From Lama glama (taxonomy: Eukaryota), in the NCBI GenBank assembly GCA_028534125.1, contig CM052816.1:58220001-58284000 (forward strand): 64,000 bases of DNA, given 5' to 3'. Every line of letters starts with the position of its first letter. Position 1 is the first letter of the stretch. The translations under genes were made by a program, and so were the position numbers. Under the pieces are notes generated by a model, which was not told where the DNA came from, searched no databases, and saw nothing but the letters and a program-made list of their open reading frames with translations. This document shows positions 23,511 through 36,439 of the stretch, piece after piece.

Positions 23511-26500
23511 CTCCTTATATATTTTAGTTGTCACTCTTGTATGACCTAAAACCTGGGTGTGCCATAAGGCATCCTTAAATCCATTCCATTTGCCTTTTAT
23601 ATAAAGAGGAGGGATTCCTCCAAGATTCTGGCATTTGTTGTCCATCAGTGTTCCTTTTAATCATCATTGTAAATTTCCACATTTTCCTTGTCTTTGTTTT
23701 CTGTGCTGTCATAGGTATTTTAATGAAAGTTGAATGAGACTGCACAGTGCAGGCTGCTGGCCATATGATATTTTGATCTGAACATCTATAGTATTCTGTG
23801 TTAAGAAGCAGTGAAGTGATAAAATGGAAGATGGACTTCCAAAGGTTCATGGATGCCATCTTGTTGGAATAAAACATAAAAAACCAAAGTGGAGATATAC
23901 TGTCACTAACAGTAAACAGCATTAGGTATAGAACTGAAAATTTAAGTCTTCATTAGCATGGTTCCTCAAATGACTCCTAAGAAAATTATTCATGAGCTTA
24001 GACAGATAGAGAGAGAAGGGGAAAGAGAGAGAGGTGGGTCTACATGTCAAAGAGGCCTTAAGTCATAATTATTTCTCCAGAGACTTAAACTGGTCATTCA
24101 ATAATGCTTGGAATATTTAGAGAGGAATTAAAAAACTATTTGATTCTGATATCAGCATTCTCAATTATTTCATCCTGCAAGTGACATTTTAATGGCCAAA
24201 CAATCACAATGCTGCAATAAATTCTGGAAGTGTAAAAGTTATTTTCCTTTTGGGCTAGGTCATGATTTGAGTGATTTTTCATTGGTTAAGTTCCTATATT
24301 ATCTGAGTGACACTTCTTGTAATAATAACCTTGCTTTGTTCCCATCTTGTCATATTTATCTTTCTTGACCAGCTGCTATCCACACTCTGACCCTGTGATA
24401 GTAGCTAGTCTGCCCTGACCTTTGCAGCTATTAAACCCAAGGGAGCTAATAAGCTATGAACCCATACCAACCCTAATTAGCTATTTCAACAGCTGTGGAA
24501 AGGGGCAGTTCTTAGAGATCTTTCCATCAAAAAAACTGACAGAAAGTTAACCTAAGCTAGAAAGGAAAAAGCAAAAGGAAAGCACCTTGGAATAATCCAA
24601 GAACCATCTCAATCATACTGAAATCCATTTTAGCACCTCCAAGCCCTTCCAGTGTGACTCTGAACACTTACTCTGGGGATGATGATATTGGTTTAAAGAT
24701 TCCAAACACATATACAGTGTGATGCACCCAGAAGGTGCTAGGAGCTGAAGAATCATGAGACCATATAAATGAGCTGGGCTAGCAAATAAGATGCATTACA
24801 CATTTCAATATAAAACATCTGGATCACCTAGATAGTGTATCTTTCTGAACCCTCCATTTACTATTGCCTGGGAATATGCTTGGAAATCATGTCATAATTA
24901 TACCTTTTATTCAGCAATAAAAATCCTATAGAGCAGTGTTTATTTAGCTTAAATGTGCAGTAAGTCTACCTGGAAAGGTCATCTCAAGCCTCAGATAGTC
25001 TGAGATAGAACCTAAGAATCTGTATTTTAAACAAATATGGACAAAGTTTATTCTGAATTCTGATTTTAAAAGTTCCAATGAATAAATATCAAAACAGAAT
25101 TGTGGTAAAACCCGTATCTTCAGTGTGATTTAATATCTCGCCAGTGGGGAAGAGAAATGCAAACAGAGCATCGGGGATGTCAGAATGAGTCAGATTACTC
25201 CAGCCCAGAAGCCCTATGGCTGTTGAAGTTTTTATCACATTTTCAACTGGACTTTTTTCATCCAAACTGTTCTCAAAGTAAAAATTATACCCAGGACAAA
25301 AAAAATGCAGACTTACTCATTGAGCACCTAATTTGTCTAGAAGGGTTCTAGTTACTACAGGAAAGTCAGAGGAAGACATGATCCCTGTCCTCAAGGAAAT
25401 AAGAGAAATTACATCATTCCAATAAAACCAGAAAAGAGCAATGTAATTCTAAATGGGTCCCTGACCTTAAGAATCAAGAGACTGATGCAGGTTATAGTGC
25501 CTGGAGAAGGCTTCATGAGGGGAGGTGGGAGTTATACAGGAACTAGACTTGGAAAAAAACTTGGATCGGAAAAAAAAAAGAGCAAAAGAAATTATTCGAT
25601 ATCTGGAATGAACATGCATGTCACAAGCCTAAGCTAAATAAATGCTTCAGATCCCACCAGCTGATTAGATTTATCCATCGGCCTCAGGTCCCATATAGCT
25701 TTAGAAGAGAATTCATAGGAGATGGGAGTTCAACCAAAATTACAAGTACTTCAGAGTGATCTCAGAGGAGAAAACACAAGTAAATGTTTGTGATGAACTG
25801 AGCTAGCCCCTTGCCTGGGTCTGTTACTGCCTGCTGCGTCACCTGGATCTTACATCTCACCTCTCTGTGGCCTGGCCTCTTGTCTCCCTGTTCCTCCAAG
25901 GTAAGCCAACACTGCTTATCTTATCAAGATCTCCTTGAGTTCTGAATAAATGAGAGGCACCTACAAAGACAAAGGGCTGAGGAGTCACTCAGTAAAAGGA
26001 AGTTTGAGAGTTTACAAAAACAGAGGAAAATAGACTAACCAGTAACCAGAGGGAAGAGGTCCCTTAGGCAGCGCTGCTGCTGTAGCTGAAAGAGCCTGGG
26101 GCAGCCTAAGGGCTGGGATCAGAAGAGAAAGTGCCCTACTCCCTGGGATCAGCTACCTGAGAGGAAGGAGGCCCCTCTAAGAACCGGGAGCACAAGCCCC
26201 AGATGTGAGCAGGGCAGTACAAAAGCAACACTTTGTAAACATCTTAAGAAGGGGCCTCATGACAACCGTACAAGTCAAATGGAGAAAAGACAAGCTGTGT
26301 TTGATAGCCGGTGGTTAAAGAGACTTCAGGGTTTGCTGCCAGCCTCCAGCAGTCCATGGAGAGATCTTTTCTCCTCCCCTTGTGCATGTATCATTTCCAT
26401 CAATGGCAAATCAGACTTAATCTCACCCCCAACTCCACTCTTGAATGGGAAAACAGATCCAAAGGTATTTAAGAAGCTAGGACAAAATAGATCACACAAA

Positions 26501-27130
26501 TGTATTTAAAAGAGAAAAGCTTTGTCTCCCAATGTAAATCTCAAAAAGGATGTTTCAGGCCAGAAGCTCTCAGATTTTTCTTTTAATCTTAAACTCATAA
26601 CATTTTAAATGCTATTTTTCAAAAACAAATCTGAAGGAGAAAGTCACAGGCAGTAACATAGTGACATCTACCATCATTTTAGAGGTTGTTTACTTCCTTT
26701 GAGTTGCTATGCTTGCAACTGGTTACTTTAACCAGGTAAGTGGTGGTTAAATACTATATTAAATACTTTGTGGTTTATCCTGAGGGCAATGGGAAATCAT
26801 TAAAGGATTTCAGGCTGAGGAGTACATTTCTAAGGTCTGCATTTTAGAATTTCATCTGACTGCAGTGTGAACAATAGATGGTGAGAGAGGACTGTCATCT
26901 CCCTCCATACTTGAAGAACACGTGGGCAATCCTGGAAGCCTTTTCGGGTGGGGGGAATACCTCCCTCACACAGGTGAGGCCTACATTCTAATGGGTTCAG
27001 ATGGTTTCCACACACTGCTATACTTTCCTGTCCTCCTCAGTGTCCTCACATTACACACAGCATCCAAATCCACTAAAGTGGCAGAAGACAAGCAACCTAA
27101 TTATTGAATGTTGGTTACTCAAATTAGCTC

Positions 27131-28006
27131 TGTTATAGACTGAATTCTGTCCTCCCAAAATGCGTACGTTGAAGTCCTAACCCCAAAGTGATTCTTTGGA
27201 GATTGTGAAAATGAGTCCCCCAAAAACCGAGTTCCCTTATCAAGTTTATGATTAATCTTTCTACCCAAAACTTTATTCTCTTTCTTGTCCCCTTTTACCT
27301 CAATCCTGTGCTAACTGAACACTCATCAGAGCCAGATGACTAAAACTGCTGCTGTAGATATCATCACTAAGGTACAAACTCACACTGTTTCTCCAGAGCA
27401 AGATGAGCTAACAGGCCCCCAAGCTATGGACCACCTGGCCAGAGAATCGTAAACTGGAGATCTCCTGATTCTCTGAAACTACGAAACTAAGATTAAGAAA
27501 TGTCACAAAATTAGTATCAACCCAGCTTCTTTGTTCTTCCCCTTTAAAAATGCTCCTAACTCAAAGACCAAGTTGGAGTGGATGTGAGATGTCTCTGCCT
27601 CCCTTGCTTGGCGGCCTGCAATAAGCCCTTACTTTGCTGTGAACGCTTTGCTGCCAAGTGCCTGCTGCTATTTCTGTGCCGTGGGCACACAAACCCTTGC
27701 TTGGTTACAAGTGGGCCTATCAGGAAGTTATAAAATTAAATGAGGTCCTGAGGGTGCAGCCTCACCCGACAGGGCTGGTGTTCTTGTAAGAACAGACACC
27801 AGAGATAACCCTCTCCACACCTGCAAAGAGGAAAGGCCTGGTGAAGACACAGCAAGAAGGCAGTACCTACAAGCCTCACCAGACACCAACCCTGATAGCA
27901 CCTTGATCTTGGACTTATGGTCTCCAGAACTGTGAGAAAATAAATTTCTATTCTTTAAGCCACCTAGTCTGTGGTATCTTAATATGTAACCATAGCAGAC
28001 TAATAA
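27131..28006 (+). mobile_element. MaLR solo LTR (MLT1A-like) split by a younger LTR
   Basis: TGTTATAGACTGAATT...TTTGGAGAT, resuming as GGGCCTATCAGGAAG...CTCCAGAACTGTGAGAAAATAAATTTC...GACTAA. Confidence 0.88.
27204..27709 (+). mobile_element. ERV1-type solo LTR nested in MLT1A
   Basis: TG...CA termini (TGTGAAAAT ... GCTTGGTTACA), TATA-like TTTAAAAA near 27543, AATAAG near 27620. It interrupts the MLT1A exactly. Confidence 0.75.
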
Positions 28007-28591
28007 AGTTTTAAGCTGAGAACATTACGAAAGCTTTCCATTTCCATTTTCTGTGTTTATAAATACTTCCCCCCAACTTTCCCTTACGATGAAAGAGAGT
28101 GGAAGGGTTGGAGAATGATTTATTTTTCAAGAGCAGTGGGGCTTTTTCTAAACTAGTGAGGAAAGAGGGCGGGAAGGAGTTCAAGCTATTACACTGCTAG
28201 ATGCAGTTGTTTCGATCATTAAAATCTCTTTAATAAGATTACCCATGACTCCACAGAAGCTAAACCCTCTGACGGGAAAGCTTCAGGTATTTGTCGCATC
28301 CAGTCAGAGTGAAGAAAATTCAACCATCTACAGAGAATTAAGTAGATGTGCCTGAAATATATTCTCTTTTCTTTTTTTTTTTTTGTTTTAAAGTAAGGCC
28401 TAGCAGTAGAATATTTACCATCTTCCATTTAGTTCCTGAAAACCCAGGCTTAAATGGAATCAGCAGTGAGCAGTCAGGAATTGGTTATGAGATATCCTAA
28501 CTTTCAGCTGGAGAAGTCCTAGCTGTGGAAAAGAGTGGGTGCCACAGGGCCAGGAAAGTAGTAGAAGTAAATTAGCAAGTAAGTAGACTGC

Positions 28592-29372
28592 TGTGTCTGA
28601 CAGAATAGGCAAGATTCTGGGGCAGTAACAAAAATCTCAGTGATTTCACTGGTCAGATGGCCATCATCAAAAAGTCTACAAATAATAAATGCTGGAGAGA
28701 GTGTGGAGGAAAGGGAACCCTCCTACAGTGTTAGTGGGAATGTAAATTGGTACAGTCACTAAGGAGAACAGTATGGAGAGTCCTTAAAAAACTAGAAATA
28801 GACTTACCATATGATCCAGCAACTCCACTCCTGGGCATATATCCAGAAAAGATGAAAACTCTAATTTAAAAAGATACATCACCCCAATGTTCACAGTGGC
28901 ACTATATACAATAGCCAAGACATAGAAGCAACGTAAATGTCCATCGACAGATGAATGGATTAAGATATGGTATCTAGCTAGCTAGCTAGCTAGCTACAAT
29001 GGAATATTACTCCACCATGAAAAAGAATGAAATAATGCCTTTTGCAGCAACATGGACGGACCTAGAGATTATCATACTAAGTGAAGTAAGTCAGATAGAG
29101 AAAGACAAAAATCATATATCGCTTACATGTGAAATCTAAAAAAATGATACAAATAAATTTATTTATAAAACAGAAAAAGACTCAGACATAGAAAACAAAC
29201 TTATGGTTACCAAAAAGGAAAAGAGAGGGGAGGGATAAATTAGGAGTTTGAGATTAACAGATACACACTACTGTATATAAAATAAATAACAAGATCCTAC
29301 TGTATAACACAGGGAACTAACTATATTCAGTATCTTGTAATAACCTATAATGGAAAGGACTTGGAAAAGAAT

Positions 29373-29403
<31 letters not shown>

Positions 29404-29802
29404 TATGTATAAGTGAATCACTTTGCTGTACATCTGAACTAACAAAGCATTGTAAATCAACAATACTTCAATTAAAAAAAAATCCCAGTGAGTTAACCCA
29501 CGGTTTACTTCTCACTCACACAAAGCCCTCTGTGGGTGTCTGTCAGCTCTCGAGAGCAGCTCCCTTCCAAGGCATGACTTGGGGTACTAGACAGATAGAA
29601 TCCACACTATTTTGTAGCTGCATCATCTGGAATATGAGGCCTCCACAGTCACTATGGCAGAGAAAGAGAAGCTAGAATATCATAAAGGAGTTTTCCACTG
29701 CCTCAGCCAGAAGTGACATGTCACATTTCACTGGCCAGAACTAGTTTCAAGGCCCCCTCCAAACTTTAAGGGGGTTGGGAAGTATAATTTCCCATGTGCC
29801 TA
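28592..29802 (-). mobile_element. Old MaLR LTR (MLT1K-like), split by an L1 and cut by the gap
   Basis: GCAGTAACAAAAATCTCAGTG|GTTAAC...GGTTTACTTCTCACTCAC...CAGAAGTGACA...CACTGGCCAGAACTAGT...CCCATGTGCC. Confidence 0.7.
28646..29478 (+). mobile_element. 5'-truncated cetartiodactyl-type L1 3' end
   Basis: ORF2 C-terminal and 3'UTR sequence similar to 13560-14340, with internal (AGCT)n and (CA)n. TSD AAAATC(T/C)CAGTGA at 28631-28643 and 29479-29491. Confidence 0.93.
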
Positions 29803-30302
29803 NNNNNNNNNNNNNNNNNNNNNNNNNNNNNNNNNNNNNNNNNNNNNNNNNNNNNNNNNNNNNNNNNNNNNNNNNNNNNNNNNNNNNNNNNNNNNNNNNN
29901 NNNNNNNNNNNNNNNNNNNNNNNNNNNNNNNNNNNNNNNNNNNNNNNNNNNNNNNNNNNNNNNNNNNNNNNNNNNNNNNNNNNNNNNNNNNNNNNNNNNN
30001 NNNNNNNNNNNNNNNNNNNNNNNNNNNNNNNNNNNNNNNNNNNNNNNNNNNNNNNNNNNNNNNNNNNNNNNNNNNNNNNNNNNNNNNNNNNNNNNNNNNN
30101 NNNNNNNNNNNNNNNNNNNNNNNNNNNNNNNNNNNNNNNNNNNNNNNNNNNNNNNNNNNNNNNNNNNNNNNNNNNNNNNNNNNNNNNNNNNNNNNNNNNN
30201 NNNNNNNNNNNNNNNNNNNNNNNNNNNNNNNNNNNNNNNNNNNNNNNNNNNNNNNNNNNNNNNNNNNNNNNNNNNNNNNNNNNNNNNNNNNNNNNNNNNN
30301 NN
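29803..30302. other. Assembly gap (500 N)
   Basis: Run of exactly 500 N. Confidence 1.
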
Positions 30303-30365
30303 ATATATATTAACGAGTGTAATGTCTTCATCTTGTATCACTCCTTTAATCATTATAAAATGTCC
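30303..30365 (-). mobile_element. L1 ORF2 endonuclease fragment running into the gap
   Basis: Minus-strand peptide GHFIMIKGVIQDEDITLVNIY matches the L1 EN motif GHYIMIKGSIQEEDITIVNIY. Confidence 0.85.
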
Positions 30366-30969
30366 AGATTGAGTTTTGAATGGAATAGTTCTTAAATGTG
30401 TGGTTATAGAACTGGAACTTAGGATGCCACTCACCCTCCTCACCTCTGGGGACTTGGCCGATGAGTTGCCTACACAAATCCCACTAGACAAACAAAAATG
30501 GTTATCATTTGGGCAAGCTGTAATACCCCAGCATAAAACTTAGTCATAGCTGCATAGAGAACTCATCTTAAGCTGGAGGCTGAAATGGGCTTCCTTTCTT
30601 CTGATCCTTCCTCTCTGAATCTAAATATTGAGAGAGAAAGAGAGAGAATGACCCAACACAACCAGCAGCATGGACAATGGTAGCAGGCCTGGCTCACCCA
30701 GCTGGATGAAGGCCCAACAGAAGGCACTGAGAGGATGGCCAGGCACTACACTAGTGGGATATGGTAAGTCCACATGGATAGGAATGGAGCAGAACTTAGA
30801 GAGAGAAAAAGAAAGTGTAGAATCTGAACCATGCCTCTAAGGCACAGGAACACCTCCTACAGATAAATATGGCCTGTTGAATATCGCAGACACTGACCAA
30901 TCAGACTAGTGGCAAGGAAGGAGCATCTAAAGGAAGGGAGTGTTAACTGCATACAGGCACAAGAAAAAG

Positions 30970-31140
30970 TACATTTATTATATCACTTGACGCTCAAAAC
31001 AAAGTAATTGCCACTATCCCTATTTTATAGACAAGGAAACAGAGTTAAAACAGTAACTTGTCTAAGTCTATAGTTAGATAGTTAGGGTGAAGCTAAGATT
31101 TGAACCCCTAACTGACTCCAGAGCTCACACTCCTAGCCAC
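30970..31140 (-). mobile_element. MIR fragment
   Basis: ATCCCTATTTTATAGACAAGGAAACAGAG...GTAACTTGTCTAAGTC...GATTTGAACCC. Confidence 0.7.
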
Positions 31141-32814
31141 TCCACAAATGGAAGGAAACGGAGGTAAGGAAAGATTTCCTGCCCGAAATATTCTTATGTG
31201 GTTTTCTCCAATTACAAGGTAGAAAATCAGTTCTCCCAGTTCCATAAGTCAGAGGGAGATGTCCACAAATTTGTGATGGTGAGCCCATGCTGAGTGATGA
31301 CTATTGATACAGCCTCTTGGCTTAATTTAGCATAAACCTAATCCAGCACCCAGACCACTCAAAAATCAGCCTGAGCCACAGCAACCCACAGAGGGGTGGG
31401 TTTCTCATTTCCCCATCTAGCCATCAAGGAAAGTTATGTTTAAAGTCTCAAATCTTTACGGTCAACAGAACTATTATCTGATAGAAACTATGAGGCAAAA
31501 TATTATTCAGAAAAATAAACAAAAACAGATACCTTGTGTTATTCCCCTGGGTTAATGACTGCTGCTGAGTTCAAAAAAGCCATGGTTTTATCTCCCTTCA
31601 TATGTATGATTAGCCTGTTTCCTGCTCTTTGATTCACTTGGCCAACATCTCCCATAGTTCATTGGCTGAGAGGCTGAGATGCCAGAGAATGAAGTCGCTG
31701 TGGCCCACATCTCTGCTGCAGGGACAAGCACACACTTGTGGGTGATGGATCTAACCCTCCAGTGGGCAGAGCTGCATTTCAGGAGAGCAATTCAATCCAG
31801 ATGGGAAATAACCATTTCCAGCTGAGGGAGCTGGCTGCCCTGCCTGATCACTTGCACAGCAAAAGCAGGGATGAGACTGACATCACCCTGGGCCATCCCA
31901 TGGGCCTTGCTAGCCTCCATCACAAACAGGAATGTGAGCTTCCGCCAACTGAATTCAGCCTTTTTTACCCTCCAGAGGCTCCTTCTTGGTGAAACACACA
32001 ACTGTTTCTACACAACAATGAATATTCGCATGGAGGCTCACTTTCATAACTTACCCACCTGACCCAAAATCAACCAGGCCCAAAACTGCACACGATAATC
32101 TGCAGTCACAGGAGGAGAGCCCCGAGTCGCCTCCTGGATTCATTCACACAAGCTGGCCTCTGACCTGCCTTCCAAACGGTTTCCTGGCAAAACCCAATTA
32201 GCCCAATATGCATCACGCATCTGGCTAGAAACGTCTATTCAAATAAATCTCAGCCTAAAAATAAAGCTGCTTCTTTTTAAACAAGGTAATAGGGCTGAAT
32301 TGTCTTGGTTTCCTGAACAATTATCTTTGAAACAGCAAAATCTTCATCTGTATGCTAAAATATAATGGACTTAACCAGTGTGGGCCTGGCGATGACTCAG
32401 CCCGTCCAGTCAGATGGGAGACCAGCAGATGAAGCTCACAATTTGTCTTTAGAGGAACTGAGCTCTGAACTGCAGAAAATTCAGTTGTGATTTCATCACA
32501 AAGCAAAACGTAATTAGAGGACTTTCATTATCTACTTGTATGCCTAAAGCTGAGAACACCAAGTTATTAATTTTTTCTTCCTTTGGATGTAGCTTTTGGC
32601 AGAGTTTCTACCATTATAGCACCTTTCGTTTCAGAACCCAAATGGCTGCTCAGCTTTTCATTAATTATGGGACAGGGGCTATTTATCATGATAGGGAGCT
32701 AGGGTCAGACTTTCATTTTTCAAATTAAAAAAAACCCTAAAACACAATCAAATTCAGTTGCATAGCCAAGGTCACAAAGAATTGCTCTCTGGAAACACTG
32801 GAGAAACTCTTCAA

Positions 32815-33195
32815 GTTTCTCAAATTCCTTGTCTGCAATGTCCTTTTCACCCTCCCTTCCCATCTTCTACCCCCAGCAATTTTCACCTGGTTAACTCCTA
32901 TCTATTCTTCAGATCTCAGTTTAAACATCTCTTTCCTTATTATATGTTTTTGTACAACTAGGCCCCTATTTTTCATAGCACTTGATATAATTTGAAACCA
33001 TACATTTATTTCTTTTCAAAAAACATACATTTATTTTTGTGTTTCTTTGACTAACGTCTGTTTCCCCAACTGAAGGTAAGCCTGTCAAAGGCTGGGACCA
33101 GATCTGTGCTTGCCCATCACTGCATCTCAAAAGCCCAGCACTGTACCCAGTGTAATCCACTCACTGTGTATGGGTTGACTACTTGGATGGATTTG
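32815..33195 (+). mobile_element. L2 3' fragment
   Basis: CACCTGGTTAACTCCTATCTATTCTTCAGATCTCAGTTTAAACATC...CTGTTTCCCCAACTGAAGGTAAGCC. Confidence 0.7.
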
Positions 33196-35389
33196 CTGTC
33201 CATGCATCATACAGTTTTGCACAGCAGAACTATATATTTAAATGCTACTGTGATACTAATCAAAAGTTATGCACTATCTTCTAACCTTGATGTAAAAATG
33301 AAAACAATGATTTCAAAATAAAAGCCAAGGTTGCCTTCCTCGAACAACACCTACTGATTGCTTGTCACTGTGTCATCACTGCCATGAAAGAGCCCTTTGT
33401 TAAAGGGAAAAGATCATTCTCTCTCCAAACATGAGTACATGGTATTTATACACCTGGAATAACACTGTAATGTCAAATCTTAGAAAATAATTGGCTAAAT
33501 TTTCAGTGCCTCAGCGATATCTACAACTGTAATCCTTAGTTACAGAGCAGGTGAGCTGCACCAAGATGTGACAGAATCACCCACGTGACTTCTCAAATAA
33601 CTGAGCATCTCTAAGATTGCGCTATGCCTCTAGAATATTAAATGTGTCTGTTCTTGCATGCAGTTTCTAATTACTTCAAGACCAAAGATCTCTAATGATG
33701 ATACAGTAAGTCAGCCAGGTAAACAAATGTTCCTGTAGGAAATCTCAATGAAGAATCAGCAATAGAGGCAGCAACTGTCAAAGCACATATTAAGCTTTTG
33801 CCTTCCCCTTTTGATGCAGATTTTCCTATGCTAAATACTGAGCAGGCTTAGTCCCTGACAATATTGGGAAGCAGGAATAATTTGCCTTAGATCCTGTCCC
33901 ACCTCTTTCCAGCAACCCTCCCCCATCTCCTTTTCATGTTCTCTGTATACTCTGTTTCTCTCCCAGCTCAAAACTCAGCATCCCACCCCACAGTTCAGAA
34001 TTCCCTGTCCGGCCTATTCATCCTCCCACCTAACTTGCACTCTGGCCACTAACTAGGGCTTGCTCTCTCCATCTGTCCATACTGCCCATGTGCTAGGTCT
34101 TATCCTCTTCTGTACTGTACCCACTTAACTGGGTCCTAAGGAAACTAAGCCTTAACCAAATATTGATCTTTGACAGCAGGCTTATATGGTATCCATGACT
34201 GTATTTTAATTAGGAGCAGTATCACCACCCCCACACACAAAGAGTGGTATTGCTAATGGTGGGATAGCAGGCATCAGTTTTGAGACAGTAATATACCCCA
34301 AAATTAGAATAAGCTGAGACCTAATTTTTCTATACATAAGATAACCTCATCAACCCCAGAGGAAGTTCTCTCTGGTGTAGCAAAGGACCCAAGAAGCTGG
34401 ATTTATATCACTTTTTTTTTAATTATATCACTGTTTTACTTCTGAAACTTCCAAGATTCTTTTTTGTAGCTGTAAGATTTCCTAAAAAGATCTATCCCCC
34501 CAAAATCAAAAAACAAAAAAACCTGCCTGTGTCTTCAGCAACTCCTTCCATTGCCCCTGACCCTGGTATTTACCAGCTCAAACTATTTAACAGCAAAGTG
34601 AGGGCTTTTCATTTTTATCACCTTAATACACCTCTGAGCTGAGAGTACAGCACAACAAAACAAACGTAGTCAATAAGTCACTTTGCAATAAGAATTTCCA
34701 GTCAGCACTACGCCCTCTGGAAAAACAGAAGCTCCTCCTGCTATTTTGCCTGAGTGTGGTTCTTTATCTGCTTCTGACATCTTTGAAGATGAAGCCCATT
34801 TCAGACAATAAAGAACAGAGATCATGCAAGGTCAGATGCACAGTTCTTCTCTAAGCCTGCCAGCAGTGGCAGGACAGGCCGTCCTAATTGTCTCTGTGAG
34901 AGAGATATCCAGAGAGTCATCACTCTACTCCTCCATCTGTCTGCTCCCAGTCCAGACTCTCATCTGCAGCAACTGCCCTGCCACCAAGCTAGGGACTCTC
35001 CCAGCAATCCGCCTCACTCATGACCTAAACAGCAAATGGGCTGAAACAGAAGTTCTACTTGTTGGTTGAATAAATGTCAATACATGTGAACGGATAAAAT
35101 CTTGCACCAAACTCTCAGAGCTTTCTTTATCTGAGGAGCAATTTAGTTCTATTTTCACATCTCTGAGCTGGTGGGGAAAAGAGTTAGCATTTTGAACTAA
35201 ATATTCCTAACAACTGCACCATGTTTTTAATCACCAAAATAGTATGCAAAACAGAGTTCCCTCCAGTAAAGGAAGGGCAAGGTTCAGAAAAGCTATTCTG
35301 TCTGGAGTAGTATTAGGCATGAGGTAGGCGGACTGAGATGGGATGAAGATATCTGTTGTGCATATTACCTGGACATGTCTTTAACTTAA

Positions 35390-35990
35390 ATAAGCAGTGC
35401 ATTCTTATGGTTCAAATATATTTTTAAAAAGTTTAAAGCTCTATAGTGAAAAGTCTCCTCACCACTCCTGACTTCTTTTCTCCTGTTTTCTATTATCTAG
35501 GCAACTATTATTGTTTCCTTGTGAATTCCTAGTTTCTCTCTGCATATACCATGAATAAATATTATGTCCCCTCAACCTTTTAAAATCAAAAGTATCATAC
35601 TACGTACACTGTTCTGCTTATTCTTTATTATAATTGTAAAGTATTTAGTTGTATGGATATACTATGATTAACTAGACCTCTATTGATGAACATGTGTTGC
35701 TTCTAATCTTTTGTTATTACAAATGGTGCTGCAATAAATAAGCTGGTACAAAATTCATCTGGCATCTGTGCAACTATATCTGCAGAATGAATTCACAGAA
35801 GCGGAACGGACATGTCCTTTTTCCATCTGCTTTTGGTGGACATCACAATATCCCTGGGTCAAGATGTCTCCATCAAAACAACCACATCAGTGTTGACACA
35901 AGATGGGAAAACCATTTGAATAGCACTGGCCAGTGCTGGAAAAGAAGTTGGTCAAATTTCAGCTTCTGCCAATGCCTCTCTTAAAAGTTG
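35390..35990 (-). mobile_element. Old L1 (L1ME-like) 3' fragment
   Basis: CTATTGATGAACATG..TTGCTTCTAATCTTTTGTTATTACAAATGGTGCTGCAATAAATA. Confidence 0.7.
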
Positions 35991-36439
35991 TGAGCATTTG
36001 TTATTTTCTTGGCCACTCAGAATCAAAATTCTTAAAAAATGGCCTGGTACCAAACTTTAAATAGTGCATCTCCTGTTTACATTTCCCAGAAATAGCGATG
36101 ACCTTAGGCAAAAATCTACACTGAATCACAGCAAGTGTTTAATGGTTCCTTTAGATTGTCAGAGACTTGGCAGGAGTAACATAAGAGAAGTGGTAAAAAA
36201 AGAAGGATGTTGGAGGAAACCTATACAGATGAATACTTCAGACTTAGGCCCAGAGGATGAGACCATTTATGCCCCACGTGCACACGTTTTCACCAATGGG
36301 CATCGGTGTACAAGCAGACTTTGATCAACAGGTTGCTCTATAGATATGATAAAACCAAGGGAAGCATATAGAAGAAATCTTCAATAAATGCAGAAACAAA
36401 TGTCATTATTAGATAAAAAGACTCAATATTGTAACCAGT

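Noticed and set aside
23575..23922. 115-aa minus-strand ORF
   Set aside because: No recognisable domain or convincing splice structure, and the length is compatible with chance.
29747..30491. 190-240 aa ORFs in the ORF track (also at 50401-51069)
   Set aside because: Artefacts of translating across 500-N gaps. The only meaningful residues are L1 ORF2 fragments.
35922..35937. 16-bp perfect palindrome AGCACTGGCCAGTGCT
   Set aside because: About one such palindrome is expected by chance in 64 kb, and it lies inside an old L1.
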